From Camelus ferus (Eukaryota): a stretch of DNA of 64,000 bases. Shown one piece after another: positions 34,376-46,650 of this stretch. The notes under the pieces were generated by a model. The model had not been told where the DNA came from. It made no database searches and saw only the letters and a list, made by a program, of their open reading frames with translations. The translations under genes and the position numbers were made by a program. Every line of letters begins with the position of its first letter. The first letter of the stretch is position 1. Where the stretch lies: contig NC_045714.1 of the NCBI RefSeq assembly GCF_009834535.1, positions 14,756,001 through 14,820,000 on the forward strand. The letters run 5' to 3'.

Positions 34376-36039
34376 CTTGGAGAGGCCAGGCTGAGTTTTG
34401 GGGGGCTCCTGGCACCCTGCCGCCACCTCCACCCACCCTCCCTGTGGCAAAAACAACAGGTAAAGACCCCGATCCCCGGTCTGTGCAGGGTCAGCTCACA
34501 GCGGCTGGAAGAACCTCCGCTCCGTCCAGACCTCTTGACATCCCTGTTCACCAGGAGCGACAGGAACTGCCATGTGCACAAATGCTTTCGGATGAGATTG
34601 AGAGAAGTTTCCAACTATCCACAAACACTCCTGGAAAAACAGAAGCCTTGACCCCTGGAACTACACAGAGGGGGCCGCCCGAGCCCTTCCTCCGGACCAG
34701 GAGGCAGCCCAGCGGCAGGCCTTGCCAATTCTGTTCTTCCCTTGAAAGAAAATGCACCGGGCCGTCTCCAGGGCACAGCAGAAAAGCAAAGAGGAGGAGC
34801 CCCTTTGTGGAGGAGCCAGCACCCACACCTCCATCCTGAAAGGCCAGTCCCCCTCAACAACAGCCTCAGGACGCCTTTCTTGTGTGGAAGAGCTTGTGCA
34901 TCTGAACCTTGGGGAGCCCAGGACACCTGGCCTACGATTTCCCGGAGGCAGTGCCTCCACGTTTCCCAGGACCAGAGATTCTGGTTTCCTGGTCCCTCAG
35001 AGTGGACAGAGTGGATGCAGTCATGCCCTGCTGAACCGCAGACCCTTGAAATCCTGGCTCCATTGCGACCCATCCGGGGGAACCCACCTCCCCCTTGAGC
35101 TCCAGGGTTGGAGCCCAGGGCTGAGATGCCACAGGTCAGTGCATCCCCTGCCCCTGTTGGCCTAGAAGTGGACACATGACCCAGGCTGGTGACTTTCTGG
35201 CGTTTGGCAGGGATGCTGAAGCAAAGCCACTTCCTGCCGCTGCATGCAGACCAGGGAGCATACAGCCTTGGAGCTGCATGTTGGGATGTTAGCATGAAAA
35301 CGAAACAGCAGAGCAAAGGCGTGATGAGAAACCTGGTTCTCGGCAACATCGCTGAGCCGCTGGATCAAGCTTCACCTGAAAGCCTGGACTTCTGGACTTT
35401 TCACCACAAGAGTCCATAATTTCCTTTTTTTTTTTTTAAGCCAGTTGGGGTTGGGTTTTCTGTCTCTAATGACTAGAATCCGGAAAGATTCCTGACTAAG
35501 ATGGGTGTGGGAGGGCTAAGGCAGGGGCTGTGTGGGTCTTACTGTCATAGCCCAGAATCTGAGCCCTCAGGCCTGCAGTGTGAAAAACTGGCCCTGTCTC
35601 AACACATTCTTGGCTGGGACTCCCTAGCTGTGTGGGCAAGTGTCATTCAGCGCAGCTTCTAGTTCCTGGGTTGTTTTAGGGTGGAGCGACGGCTCAGGAT
35701 TCCTGAACCGCTGTGCTCTGTCACGATGCACAGCCCACAGAAGGTGGGGCCATGTTCCAACATTTCTTCCATTTCCTTCATCCCAGGGCCCAGTTCTTCC
35801 TGAGCATCACCTGGGGCAGCAGCAGGGTCAGATGGGGCAGGGCCGCCCAGGCCCTTCTCCCCATGGGGCCATATCCCCCCACCCAACATGCCAGAGCCTG
35901 GGCAGGCCTGAGCCAACCCTACGCCCTTTTCTTGGGCGCAGGATGGAGCCACTTCAGGAAGGCACTGGTGGTGGAAGGTAGTCAATGGAGAACAGAAACG
36001 TGGAGGGAACGACACGGGGGGACGTCCACATATGCCCAG

Positions 36040-36330
36040 CTCCACCACCGTTAACGAAATGAAAACCTCAGTCGCAGTGGCAACACACACGCTCACAGCG
36101 TGGCACCAAGGAGCCGCTGGTAACACTGAGCCCCGAGGGGTCGTGAGAAATGCGGCGCCCACATCCGGGCCTCTGGTCCAGAAGCTGTGGAAACAACCTG
36201 ACAGAATCCGCCAGAGTTTACCCAGCACCTCCACTGCCAGACGTCTACACCACGGAAACGCTCACGTGAACGCGGAGAGCTGGCTGTACACATACTGATG
36301 TCCGGTATGACTGAGACAGCGCAGCAAAAT
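36040..36330 (+). mobile_element. Highly diverged L1M-like fragment
   Basis: TGTGGAAACAACCTGACAG...TTTACCCAGCACCTCCACTGCCAGACGTCTACACCACGGAAACGCTCACGTG parallels the L1M motif ACCCAGCAATTCCACTCCTAGGTATATACCC. Confidence 0.5.
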
Positions 36331-37289
36331 CCTGACAATGATGAGGATAGCGGTGACAGCAGGCGGCCAGGCAGGGAACCCCTTATACGACCCCGCAGCT
36401 GGGAAGAGTGTCCGCGATAAAGTGAGGAGAAGGCGCCCAGGGAGCTGGCTGCCTGCCGAGCAAGGGCCAGGGAATGTGCTGATGAGGAGGCTGGTCTCGG
36501 CAGGTCGTCCCGAACTGCTGGACACAGCCTCCTCTGGAGGGGCCTGCCCTGGACCCGAGGGCCGCGCACCATGTCCTGGGGCATTAGGCTGTGTCCGTCT
36601 GGCTGCGTGAGGCCCTGCAGGGGATGTCTGTCCACACGCGGCCCGTTCTCACCCATCCTGGCTGGAGCCTGCTGAGGCCTTGGTGGCAAAGCAGGACCAG
36701 GCAGCTGGGCCACAGGAATCTACCCTGAGCTGCTCTGTGTGAGACCCTGCGGGGCACACTCAGTGACTGGAGAGATCAAAGCCGTGGGCAGGCCCTTCCG
36801 CAACTCCCAGGCCACAGGGCAGGGCAGCACAGGGTGGGCTGCAGGGAGGCAGACCCTGAGGAATGAGCAGGATTTCCACAAGGAAAGGAGAGCAGAGAAC
36901 ACCGGGTTGGCAGGGCCTGAGTGCCAGGGTGGGGGCAGGGCAGAGCCCGGACCAGAACCCACACACAGAGGTGAACACTTACACAAGTGCACACACATGG
37001 CCCTCACCTGCCCTGTGTAGCTTCAGCTGCTTCTTTAGGCTCTGCCACCCCTGCTGGCAGCTGGCTGAACCCTGGGACCCAGCTGACCGGGCTGTGAGGC
37101 CCAGACAGGACCACTGATGACCGGTGCTCACAGACTTACCCAATTTGTCCATTACTTCCACATGTTGGGAATGAACCTGACCTCTGAGACTGGGGCTGGG
37201 TCAGATCAGAGACACCATTGCCCGTCCCCGGCCTTCACACCCCCAGCTCCCTACACCCTCCTACTCTGAAGAGGACGGTACAGAAGCTG

Positions 37290-37590
37290 GGTGCAAACCT
37301 CAGCTCCATACTCACTGCCTTTCTGACCTTGGGAAAATTACTTAACTGTTCTGGGCCTTTGTTTCTTCATCCGAATGATGGGTTCATATCAGAAAGACCG
37401 TGCTTTGTTGTGCAGCTTAGACAAGATCTTCCTGATTGGGCCCAGGGCCTGACTTCTCCCAGGGGGCAGGAGGCGAGGTCCGCGAGGCGAGGTCCCTGGC
37501 CTGCAAAGGGGGATCAGAGCCCTCCTTTCACAGATGGGGAAACTGAGTCCAGGAAACAGGCCTATGGCTACCCTGCAGGTGAGCTCGTGT
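37290..37590. mobile_element. MIR SINE fragments (two, opposite orientation)
   Basis: TGACCTTGGGAAAATTACTTAACT..TTTGTTTCTTCATC and TTTCACAGATGGGGAAACTGAGTCC are MIR core motifs. Another MIR core lies at about 25685-25745. Confidence 0.75.
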
Positions 37591-38489
37591 GGCCTGGGCC
37601 GGCACCAGGAGCCACCCAGCCCCTCAGAGTCATTGACTCAGGTTTTCATTTTGCTGTCCTCATAGTCTCTTTGGTTTTATTCACATGGAGAACTGCAGGA
37701 GCCCCAGGGAGGTAACCACGAAGATGATCACATTACTGTAACTGGAAATTAATGGACTGCTGGTGGTTCTAAAAGAGAAACAAATTATGTAAATATTTTA
37801 GATGGGGTAATAAAACGTTTTCAATTTGCAGCTACATGTTCTGCCATTCACCCACCACTTCATTGCCCAGATTCTGCTGCTGTCAGTGAGCATTTTATCC
37901 TCTGCTGTTTGCTCACTGTACGAGCCTTGAGATGTCAGAGGGAGGCAGGGGTGCTGCAGAGGCTGTGAGGTGGCAGCTTGCCCTGTCCTTGGAAGGGCCA
38001 CCCCCCTGCTCTTGTCTTTGGGGACCTGGGCCTCACTCTGGAGGTGAACCTAGCCCCATGCCTCCCAGAGCCAGGGGTGGAGTGGGGGTTGACCTTTTAG
38101 CTTTATGATCAGAAAACTGAAAATTCAGCCTCGACTTGTTGCTTGCTCTAGCTAGTGCCAAATGTTGGCTACCGCTCTGACCTGCCCTTTCAACATCTCA
38201 TCCTTCACAGCCCACCTCCTCCAGGGAGCCTACTGGAAGGAACCCAGCACAGGGCTCTCACTCTCTGAACTTGTGGAGCCTACACAGTCCCAACCACAGG
38301 ATCTTGTGCTGAAACGACACTGTCTCACGTTGCCCCTGGGTGGACCCTGTTGGTGCCCTCTCATTTCTGGGAACGCCAGAGGCTTCTGGCTGCAAGAACT
38401 GCTGACTCCTTCCTGAGGGTTTCCCCAGGCTGCAGGAGGGTGCACATGGTGAGCTGGGCACAGGGCAGACTGGAAGTGCTGGGAAACTA

Positions 38490-39180
38490 AGATGAGCACC
38501 CAGGGCAGCTTTCAACCGACAATGAAGGGAAATGCCAATGAAACTGCAATGAGATACTGTGTTGTTCCTGCTAGACTGGCTGCAACAAAAAGACTGACAA
38601 TGCCAAGTGTTGACAAAGACTTGGAGCAATTGGAACTCCCACACTGCTGGTGGATATAAAATGGTACAATCATTATGAAGATTGTTTGGCAATTTCTTAG
38701 TTCAACACATACCCCATCACCCAGCGATTACTTCTAGGCAATTATGCAAGAGAAATAAAAAGTATGCTCATAAAAAGACTTGCAAGTGAATTTCAGGGCA
38801 GTTTTATGCACAATGGCTGAGATTCAGAAACGACTCCAGTGTCTAGCATGTGACTGTAGAAACAAAGCCCTATACTCACTTAATGGAATACTATTCAGCA
38901 ATAAGAAAGAACGAAATGCTGGTACACGCTTGATGAATGTGGATGGATGAACCTTGAAAATATTATGAGAAGTGAAAGAAGTCCTTTGAAACATTACTTA
39001 TTGCATAAATCTATTTATATGCAGTTCTAGAACAGGCAAACTGAGATATGGGGATAAAAATCAGAACAGTAGTTGCCTCTGATGGACGTATTCTATACTC
39101 CATCATGGTGGAGGTTACCTTGGGGCAGGCATTTGTCAAAATTCATTGAGTGAAAATTACTGAATGTAAATGATACCTCA
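38490..39180 (+). mobile_element. L1M-type LINE 3' fragment (AT-rich)
   Basis: TTGGAGCAATTGGAACTCCCACACTGCTGGTGGATATAAAATGGTACAATC...AATGGAATACTATTCAGCAATAAGAAAGAACGAA...GAACAGGCAAACTGA...AGAACAGTAGTTGCCTCTG. Confidence 0.85.
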
Positions 39181-39679
39181 GGAAACATGGTTATACTGGA
39201 TCACTCCAAAAGTTACACAGATCAGTGCAGAACATGTGAAATACGTGGAAAAGCCCGAAGTAAAAACAAAACCCAAATCACTTGCAATTATATCCCCAGA
39301 GGTCACTGCTCTCGGCAGTTCTCTTTCTACAGCTGTATTCCATATATCAGGGATTCTGGCGCTCGCCCTGCTTTGCAGCCTGCTTGCATCGTCTGCATTA
39401 CGTGATGCCCTCGCTCCACCCGTCCAGCCACCCTCCGTGTCCACTCCCCACCCTTCTCCACCTCGGACTGCACCGATGGGCTTGGCCAATGGGAGAAAAA
39501 TAGGGAGATGAGAGTCTGAGAGGCCACAGAGACCGGCATTTACCCCTGTGGCTTCCTCTGCTAGGTCACCTTGGGCTGGCCATGCCCTCAACCAAAGATG
39601 ACAGCTCCTCTGGGTGGCGGCCCTGAGGACTCTTTCCTTCCAGAGTCCGGGAACCTCGCCTCCCCCTTTTCTTTGGAGC

Positions 39680-40520
39680 GTGTTGACGTCACAGCTCTGC
39701 TGCTCCAGCCCTGGGCTCTCGCAGAATTCCTGTGACGTGTCTAAACCCGCCCACACCCTCCTAATCAGCGCCCTTGTAAATGACCCCCCATGAATCGTCC
39801 TAATCGGAGCAGGCCGTCAGTCTCCCGTCCGGATCCTGACGGTGCACCCCAGTGAGCATGGCTGGCGGTGCCCAGACCATCGCGGTCCCCGCTAGACAAC
39901 CAGCTCTGACACAGCAGCCCAGAGGAGGACGCGTCCCCGTGGCAACGGGGGGGGCGGGGCCCACTTCCGGCCCGGCGGGCGGGCGGGCGGAAGTCCCTCC
40001 CCCGCCGGCCCGCCCCGGCTTCCCGTCAAGCCTTGCGAGGCGCTACGTAGCCGGAAGCGGGTGGCGCCGAGGTGGGCGGTCGGCCCGCGTCCTCGGTGCA
40101 GTTCGGGGCGCCGCCGACCCCGGCCCGGACCCCCGCGCGCAGGAGCGAGCCCACCTGCCCGGTAAGCGCGCCGCCGAGGCCCCGAGGCCCCGGCTCCCCC
40201 CGGGGCTAGTCCACCGCCCCGCCCGGCGGCCGCCCCCGCCCGGACCCCCGCCCGCCGCGCAGCGCCCCTGGCCCCCAGCCTCCTCTCCTCTGAGGCTGTT
40301 ACCGGCCCCCGCCCGCCCGCACCTCCTCTAGGGGGAGAGCCGGTCCTGACGCCTGTCCCCTCCTTCGGTCCCAGGACCTGGTGTGGACACAGGGTTCAGT
40401 CAGATCCGGTCTGAGTTCTCAGGGGGCTTCCATTGAAGGGTTGTGCCCGCCGGCGCCCTAGAGGCTAGTCTAAGCAGAATCGACAGCCTCCGCGGCCTTA
40501 AGTCCCTATTCCTCCTCACC
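39680..40520 (+). promoter_or_regulatory. ARFGAP1 CpG-island promoter
   Basis: CRE TGACGTCA (39684-39691), RFX-like GTCCCCGTGGCAAC (39933-39946), GC boxes and several ETS CCGGAAG/CTTCCGG motifs. Confidence 0.85.
40050..40161 (+). other. ARFGAP1: ARFGAP1 non-coding exon 1 (start approximate)
   Basis: Strong donor CCG|GTAAGC at 40161/40162 inside the CpG island. TSS inferred. Confidence 0.7.
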
Positions 40521-42880
40521 CTCTGCCGCGGGTGGTCGTCTTGGCAGAGGGAGAGGAAACCAGGAAGGGATTTTAAAATTCTCCTTCAGCTTAGGTGCAT
40601 TCAGGTAGGAGAACCAGGCTCCCTGTCTGCCCTGTTAAACGGCTTCGTTGCCCACCAGCCATGTGAGAGTTGGCTGTGCTCACTCAGCGCAGGCCTCATC
40701 TCGCGGTGCTGTGTGTGATCCGGCAAAGCGGGGCTGTGATACTGGCCCAGGGGAGAACTAGCATTTCCCTTTGCTTTGGTGTGCCCTCCATGACCTGCCC
40801 TGCTGAAGTTCAGAAGTACCCGTGCTTTAGAATGAGAAAGGGTTGTTCGTAAACACAGGTGCTTTGAGTGCGTCAGGTGGTTTCTGAGAAAGACGGGTGT
40901 GATTTCTGCCTGTGGCCTGTGTGACAGCCCTGGGGACTGAGCAGTGTCCTGAAGTCATCGCTTTTAATCGCAGACGTTGAGGAAGTCCCAACTTAACAAG
41001 CAGTGTTCTGCAGTCTGACAAGTGGCTTCCTTCGTGAACTGAGAAAAACGTCCTCATTTGGTTCAATGTTTATTGAAATCACGCCTGCTTTCAGAAAGCT
41101 GTGTTTTACCATCTTGGTTTCAAGCATTAAAACAGAAGTTCTTGGGTTATTTTTCAAGATGAACTATGGCTTTGAAAGTTAAGTGTTTGTTCTTATGTCT
41201 TAAGTTTAGCATTTCCCAGAACTAAAGGATTCTCATATCCAAAACCAGTCACCTAGGGGAGTCCTTTGAGATCTGAACCAAGTCATTTATTTTTCACATA
41301 TTTCCCATAGTAGTTCTGCAGACACTCACTCTGCCTTATTTTGCACTATTAGAAATTCAGGGCAGGCTCACCCCTGTTCGGGCTTTTGTTTGCTTGTGTT
41401 CAGTTGGCCAGAATAGGAGCCTTTGGGCAGACACAGTTCCCTGGGAAGAGCACAGGCCCCCAGTGTCCACCCGTCTCTGCCTTTGAGCCAGGGGTGAGTG
41501 GAGCTGTGTAGGTTGGTCCAGGCACCGAGTCCGGGGCAGGATTTTGCATTTAGATATTTGCCTTCGAGGTCAGGAGACCATCTTGGGCAGCAGAGAAGTA
41601 CAGAGCAGAAGGGAACCTTGGGTGAACTCTTGGTTTTGTTTCCATCGATAACGGAAAACAGGTGTTTATTTTCAACTTAAGCTTAAAAGTGGGCCCTTGA
41701 GCATCAGGAGTTCTGGAGTTCCAGATTCAGGAAGTGTGGCTGTGTGGACAGGCAGGGTCCCCTTGGAAAGTAACTGAAGGTGACAGATGGAATACAAGAC
41801 AGACCTTCTGGGTCTTTGATGCTGCACCTCTGCACAGAGCTCACTGTACTGTCACAGGGAAGCTGGCCGGAGCCGCCGCCTCACAGGCGCAGTAGGTGGA
41901 GAGCAGCATCCGAGGGTGGGAATGTCCCACAGCGGTGCATGCGGGTGGCTCTGCCACTTAACAAGGCTCGTGTGTTCTTGGGAAGACGCGTGCTGCTGTG
42001 GGAGGTCAGACAGCTTGCAGGTTCCACTCATGAGCGCAGGGCGAGCTGAGGGCCAGGGTCAGTGGTGTGTGCGGGAGAGGTGGGACGGACTGTGTCCAGC
42101 GCCATGCTCGGCCCCCTCCCCTCCCTCTGCTTGAGTCTTACTCTGTCGACTTTCCTGGTCATGGATTAAACGGGCCACCAGATGAGCTTGAATTTAGTCA
42201 AAGCTAGATGATCTATAAAGAAATGAACAGCTTTCCTCTTCAGCCCCAGGACCCGACAGGTTCCCTGTGAGGCGTGGTGGCAGGTCTCCTGGTCCATAGG
42301 CCACTGTCCTTGCCCTGCTATGGGCATGCTGTCTGTCACCTCCTTCCCTCAGATGGCCCCAGGGAGGACCTACCTTTGGACCCTCCATCTGCCAGCCTCT
42401 CCACATGCCGCTGCTTCCATCCCAGGCCGGGAGCCTCGCTGCACCAGGCCTGGGAGCTGGAGGGAAGATGTGGCCGCAGAGAACGCAGCTCCCTGTGTTC
42501 GGATGCCGCCAGCCCACGTCTGCCATATTGCCCTGAAAGTGGGAAGTCAGGTTTCGCGGACAATCTGAGCACGTCTTGTAAGGACCACTGCTTGCTGTGA
42601 ATGTTCCTAGGAGACAGGCCTTCTGTAAATTGTGCAATCTTGATGTCCATGAGGCTCAGGCAGAGTGGATGCCAGTAATTACTCTCGCTTCTAATAACTG
42701 TGGCACTGTTGGCTTGGGAGCATCCACACTGCTCGACTTAGAGTGTGGAGAACGGACTCTTGCGGGCCGTAGCCCTGTTACCCTGTAGCTTCTAAGCAGC
42801 TTTTTTGCACTGACAGTTGATTTTCTCGTAAAGTGACCTACTTGTGAGTTTTAGGAGTTTGTTCTCTCCTTTGCAGCACC

Positions 42881-42940
42881 ATGGCCAGCCCGAGAACCAG
42901 GAAGGTCCTTAAAGAAGTCCGGGTGCAAGATGAGAACAAC
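42881..42940 (+). CDS. ARFGAP1: ARFGAP1 exon 2 coding part ([20 protein letters not shown])
   Basis: CAG|CACCATGG (Kozak), AAC|GTAAGT donor. Confidence 0.98.
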
Positions 42941-43122
42941 GTAAGTGTCTGCTTTTCTCGGGCGGGCTTCACGAACCTCTCGGAAGTTGCTCGCAGCCTC
43001 AGAGCTCCCCTCCCTGTCACGCACGGTTGGTCTCTCAGCCAGCCTCCCTCTGCGCCTCTTGGGGCCACCCATCGGGCCCTGCCCAGAGCCACTGGGTGAG
43101 CTGCCTGTGGCCCTCTCTGCAG

Positions 43123-43232
43123 GTGTGTTTTGAGTGCGGTGCGTTCAACCCTCAGTGGGTGAGTGTGACCTACGGCATCTGGATCTGCCTGGAGTGCTCG
43201 GGGAAGCACCGCGGGCTCGGGGTGCACCTCAG
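43123..43232 (+). CDS. ARFGAP1: ARFGAP1 exon 3 (GAP zinc finger CxxC-x16-CxxC and arginine finger HRGLG)
   Basis: [36 protein letters not shown], canonical splice sites, 110 nt. Confidence 0.98.
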
Positions 43233-43444
43233 GTCAGTGCCCGCCTGCTCCTGCTGCACCATGAGCCAGGGCGGGGAGACAGGCCTGGACGGGGTGTTGG
43301 GCCAGGGGACGGGCCTGGGTGGGGAGACGGGCCGGGGCAGGCCCCTCATGGGCCAGCACCATGGGACCCCAGTGCACAATTCAAGACTATTGGGGGCTCG
43401 AGGATGCCCCGTGCTGGTGATGAGGCTGACCCTCTGGTGTGCAG

Positions 43445-43616
43445 CTTCGTCCGTTCTGTCACTATGGACAAGTGGAAGGACGTGGAGCTGGAGAAGATGA
43501 AAGCCGGCGGAAACGCTAAATTCCGAGAGTTCCTGGAGTCTCAGGAGGACTATGACCCCCGGTGGTCCCTGCAGGAGAAGTACAGCAGCAAGGCCGCCGC
43601 CCTTTTCAGGGACAAG
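43445..43616 (+). CDS. ARFGAP1: ARFGAP1 exon 4
   Basis: [27 protein letters not shown]...ALFRDK, 172 nt. Confidence 0.98.
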
Positions 43617-43973
43617 GTGAGGACAGGCCCGCAGGCCCGTTGGCTGCTGCCGCAGTTCTGGGATTAGAGGCTCCTGACACGCCACGGGGGCTGTGTGCAG
43701 CCCCAGGCAGACAGGACCTGAGGCCCCATCTCTTCGCAGCCAGGGGACGCCCATCATTTAGGGGGCAGAGAGTGGGGCCCCAGGCATTTGGGGTTGGAGC
43801 CACACTGACCAAGAACTCGCTCATGCTCTGTCTGTCATGAGGCCTGGTCTCAGCGTTTAGACTGGGTGAGCCCCTAGCCCGTGGCTGAGCCAAAGTGGCT
43901 GCGTGAGGGGCACGGGGGCGCTAGAGCAGGCGCGCCCACGGCTGCCCCGACGGTTCCCGTGTCCCCTTGGCAG

Positions 43974-44074
43974 GTGGCCACCCTGGCTGAAGGTAGAGAA
44001 TGGTCTCTGGAGTCGTCGCCCGCCCAGAACTGGACCCCACCTCAGCCCAGGGCACTGCTGTCCACTGCCCATCG
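43974..44074 (+). CDS. ARFGAP1: ARFGAP1 exon 5
   Basis: VATLAEGREWSLESSPAQNWTPPQPR, 101 nt, ends in phase 2. Confidence 0.97.
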
Positions 44075-44832
44075 GTAACTTATCTGGCCTGCTGGCTGGA
44101 GGGTGCTGCTGTCAGCCCGGCCCTGACCCTGACTGTGGCTCAGGGTCCCCGTGCTATTGTGGCAACGATTCGATTGTCAGCTGTTCTAAAGGCAGAGGGA
44201 AAACCAACTTTTTAAGTTCCATATTTAAACTTCCAGTAAAAATTCAACCACTAAGGGTACGTTCAAGGTAGAGCATACCGTCCCCCGTTCCTCAGCGTAG
44301 AGTCTCCAGGTTTGTGCCCACGACACTTGGCAGCTCTGGAGGAATCTGCCTGGCTGGTGGTCTGGTCTGAGGCTTGCCCACCTCCCCAGGGCACAGGAAC
44401 GCAGGGCGGGCTGACCCCATGCAGGTGTCTCGGGTCCTCTGGCACACAGGAGACTCGTGTTCTGGGGGGCTGGCATCAGGAGAGGCTCCCTGTTTACACC
44501 AGGGGTGCCCTGCAGTCCCCCTCCTGTGGCGAGAGTCCCCTGTCAGAATGTCTCCAGACCACTGCCAATGTGCTTCCTTTGGCCTCGGTCCCTCTGGCCT
44601 CCCTGTGGATGCAGGCAGGCGTGGAGCCGCTGGGGAGCCTGCCCGCCAGGCTGCCTCGACCTCCTCTTGCTCCTTGCCTCCTCTGCTCAGAGGTGGAGGC
44701 CGGCTCAGCCCAGGTGCTAGTGTTTCAGAGGAGCTGGGTGTCATCAGGTGGGCGTGGCAGCACCTTCATGACCACAGCTCCTGCCACGTGTGCCTGCCCT
44801 GTTGGTCTCACTGACTTCTGACTCCGTTTCAG

Positions 44833-44913
44833 AGCCCCTGGCCAGCTGCAGAGCTCCACCACTGCCTCTGACAAGGCTTCCGAAGACTGGCTGAGCGACG
44901 GCTCCTGTCGAGG
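44833..44913 (+). CDS. ARFGAP1: ARFGAP1 exon 6 (proximal, in-frame donor)
   Basis: TTTCAG acceptor, APGQLQSSTTASDKASEDWLSDGSCRG, GG|GTCAGG donor. 81 nt keeps the frame with exon 7. Confidence 0.85.
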
Positions 44914-44992
44914 GTCAGGCCTCGGGGGGCGCTGGGGGTCTGAGCGACGGCCTTGGCTCCTGTCAAGGGTCAGGCCTCAGGGCGCTGGGGGG
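44891..44992 (+). repeat. Two-copy tandem duplication of the ARFGAP1 exon 6 3' end and its splice donor
   Basis: Copy 1 (44891-44939) CTGAGCGACGG------CTCCTGTCGAGG|GTCAGGCCTC..; copy 2 (44940-44992) CTGAGCGACGGCCTTGGCTCCTGTCAAGG|GTCAGGCCTC.. Confidence 0.92.
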
Positions 44993-45447
44993 CTGGGGGC
45001 CTGCATGGACCCAGCTGTGGAGGGTTTGGTCCCTCGGGGCAGCGCTGTCCTGGTGAGGGTGGGCGCTGCTGCTGCTTCACAGGTGCAGAGTCGGCAGGCC
45101 TCACGGGCCAGCCTATGTTCGAGTAGGGGCTTGAGTGGAGAGAAACCCCTTAGAGACGATCACTTCTAGGAACACTTAGGAGGAACAGGTGAAAGAGGGT
45201 CCCCAGAGCTGTCGGGTTGAGCCACTGTGACGCTCCCTGCGGTCGCTGGCCGTCAGCTCTGGGTCTTGCTGAGATTCTCAGGCCAAGTGCAGCAGGGGGG
45301 CCTCGTCCCTGAGCGCAGGAAAGCCTGACCCCCACGCGGAGGGCCGTGGGCGCACCTGCACGCCCTCCAGGGGCTCCGTCTGGGGTCCGGGCGCCCCCAC
45401 CCCACGGCTCTCGGGAACATCACGGCTGCTGCTTGTGCCCCCTCCAG

Positions 45448-45544
45448 GGCCCAGGAGACCCGCTATGTGGGCTTTGGGAACACCGCGCCACCTCAGAAGA
45501 GAGAGGACGACTTCCTCAACAGCGCCATGTCGTCCCTGTACTCG
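45448..45544 (+). CDS. ARFGAP1: ARFGAP1 exon 7 (start of ALPS1: DDFLNSAMSSLYS)
   Basis: CTCCAG acceptor, TCG|GTGAGG donor, 97 nt. Confidence 0.97.
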
Positions 45545-46593
45545 GTGAGGACGCCCGTGCTGCTCCCCCGTGCCGCCCGTGTGCGCCCCGAGGGGCCTCC
45601 CGTGGCTGGCGCGGGCCCTCCCCCTTTCCTCCGCTGACACTTCCCGGAGCGCGGCGTACTCAGCTCCGTTACTCCAGCTGCAAGACGCGCAGTTTGGGTT
45701 TAATGAGGTGCGTTTTCTCCAGAGAACTAACGCCCCGTGTGGAGAGCCTCCCTGAGCCACAGTGGTTCTGGGTGTCACTCCGTGGCTCTGTCGGTGGCAG
45801 AGGTGACAAGCTCGTAAGCTGCGCAGGCTGGGCCACCGCCTGGAGGTGGCTCCTGGTCACACGTGTGCCTTCCCCCCACCCTCGGCCACTCTAGGTCAAA
45901 CCATCGTTTTCCAGAGAAACTTACTTTTTAAAAACACGTTCTATTTGTCACAACCTGGTCTATGACGCCAGTAATTGCGGCCGTCCCAAGCGTCTCTGGA
46001 CGCTGAGCGCACAGAAAGACGGACATGCTCTGTGTGCTGAGAGGATGGGGTTGAGGGCTGGGGGGCCTGTAGGGAACTGGAGGCTGGGCTGGTCCCAGGC
46101 TGTGTGAGCACAGAGCCTCTGGACGGAGCCCAAGGAGGGGGTCCAGACTTGGGCCGTGGGAGGTCGCCGTCACCACTGCATGCGCTCCTTGAACCACGTG
46201 TGTCTGTCCCCCAAATGAACGGGCATCTCACTCAGAACATATTTAAGCCCCATTTGCCCCTGAGGCGCCTGTAGCGGGATCTGGGGGCCCCCAGCGTCGC
46301 TCTCCCGGGTGCTCTTTGTGGCTTGTTGGCCCGAAGCCTGCTGTGAGGAGATTGTCTTCCGGAAACACCCTCCCAGGACCGCAGTGTGTTTGTGTCTCCC
46401 CTCAGAGGGGCCGGCGGGCCAGGCAGTGGGAGGAGCTGGCTCACCCCAGTGGTGGGGGCTCCACCCTGGGGCCCCACCCTCCAGCCCTCCTGGTCCAACC
46501 ACGTGTGGGGTGGGGACGGTCCCACGGCATCCAGCTGTGTACGAGGCGGGTGGCTTGGGTCAGAGGAGCACCTTCCGTGTTGCTTCCTCTCAG

Positions 46594-46650
46594 GGCTGGA
46601 GCAGTTTCACCACCGGAGCCAGCAGGTTCGCCTCGGCAGCTAAGGAGGGA
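46594..46650 (+). CDS. ARFGAP1: ARFGAP1 exon 8 (ALPS1: GWSSFTTGASRFASAAKEG)
   Basis: CTCTCAG acceptor, GTAAGT donor, 57 nt. Confidence 0.97.

Noticed and set aside
39170-39511. 113-aa ORF with a hydrophobic stretch upstream of ARFGAP1
   Set aside because: Begins in the L1 tail, no family resemblance or splice support.
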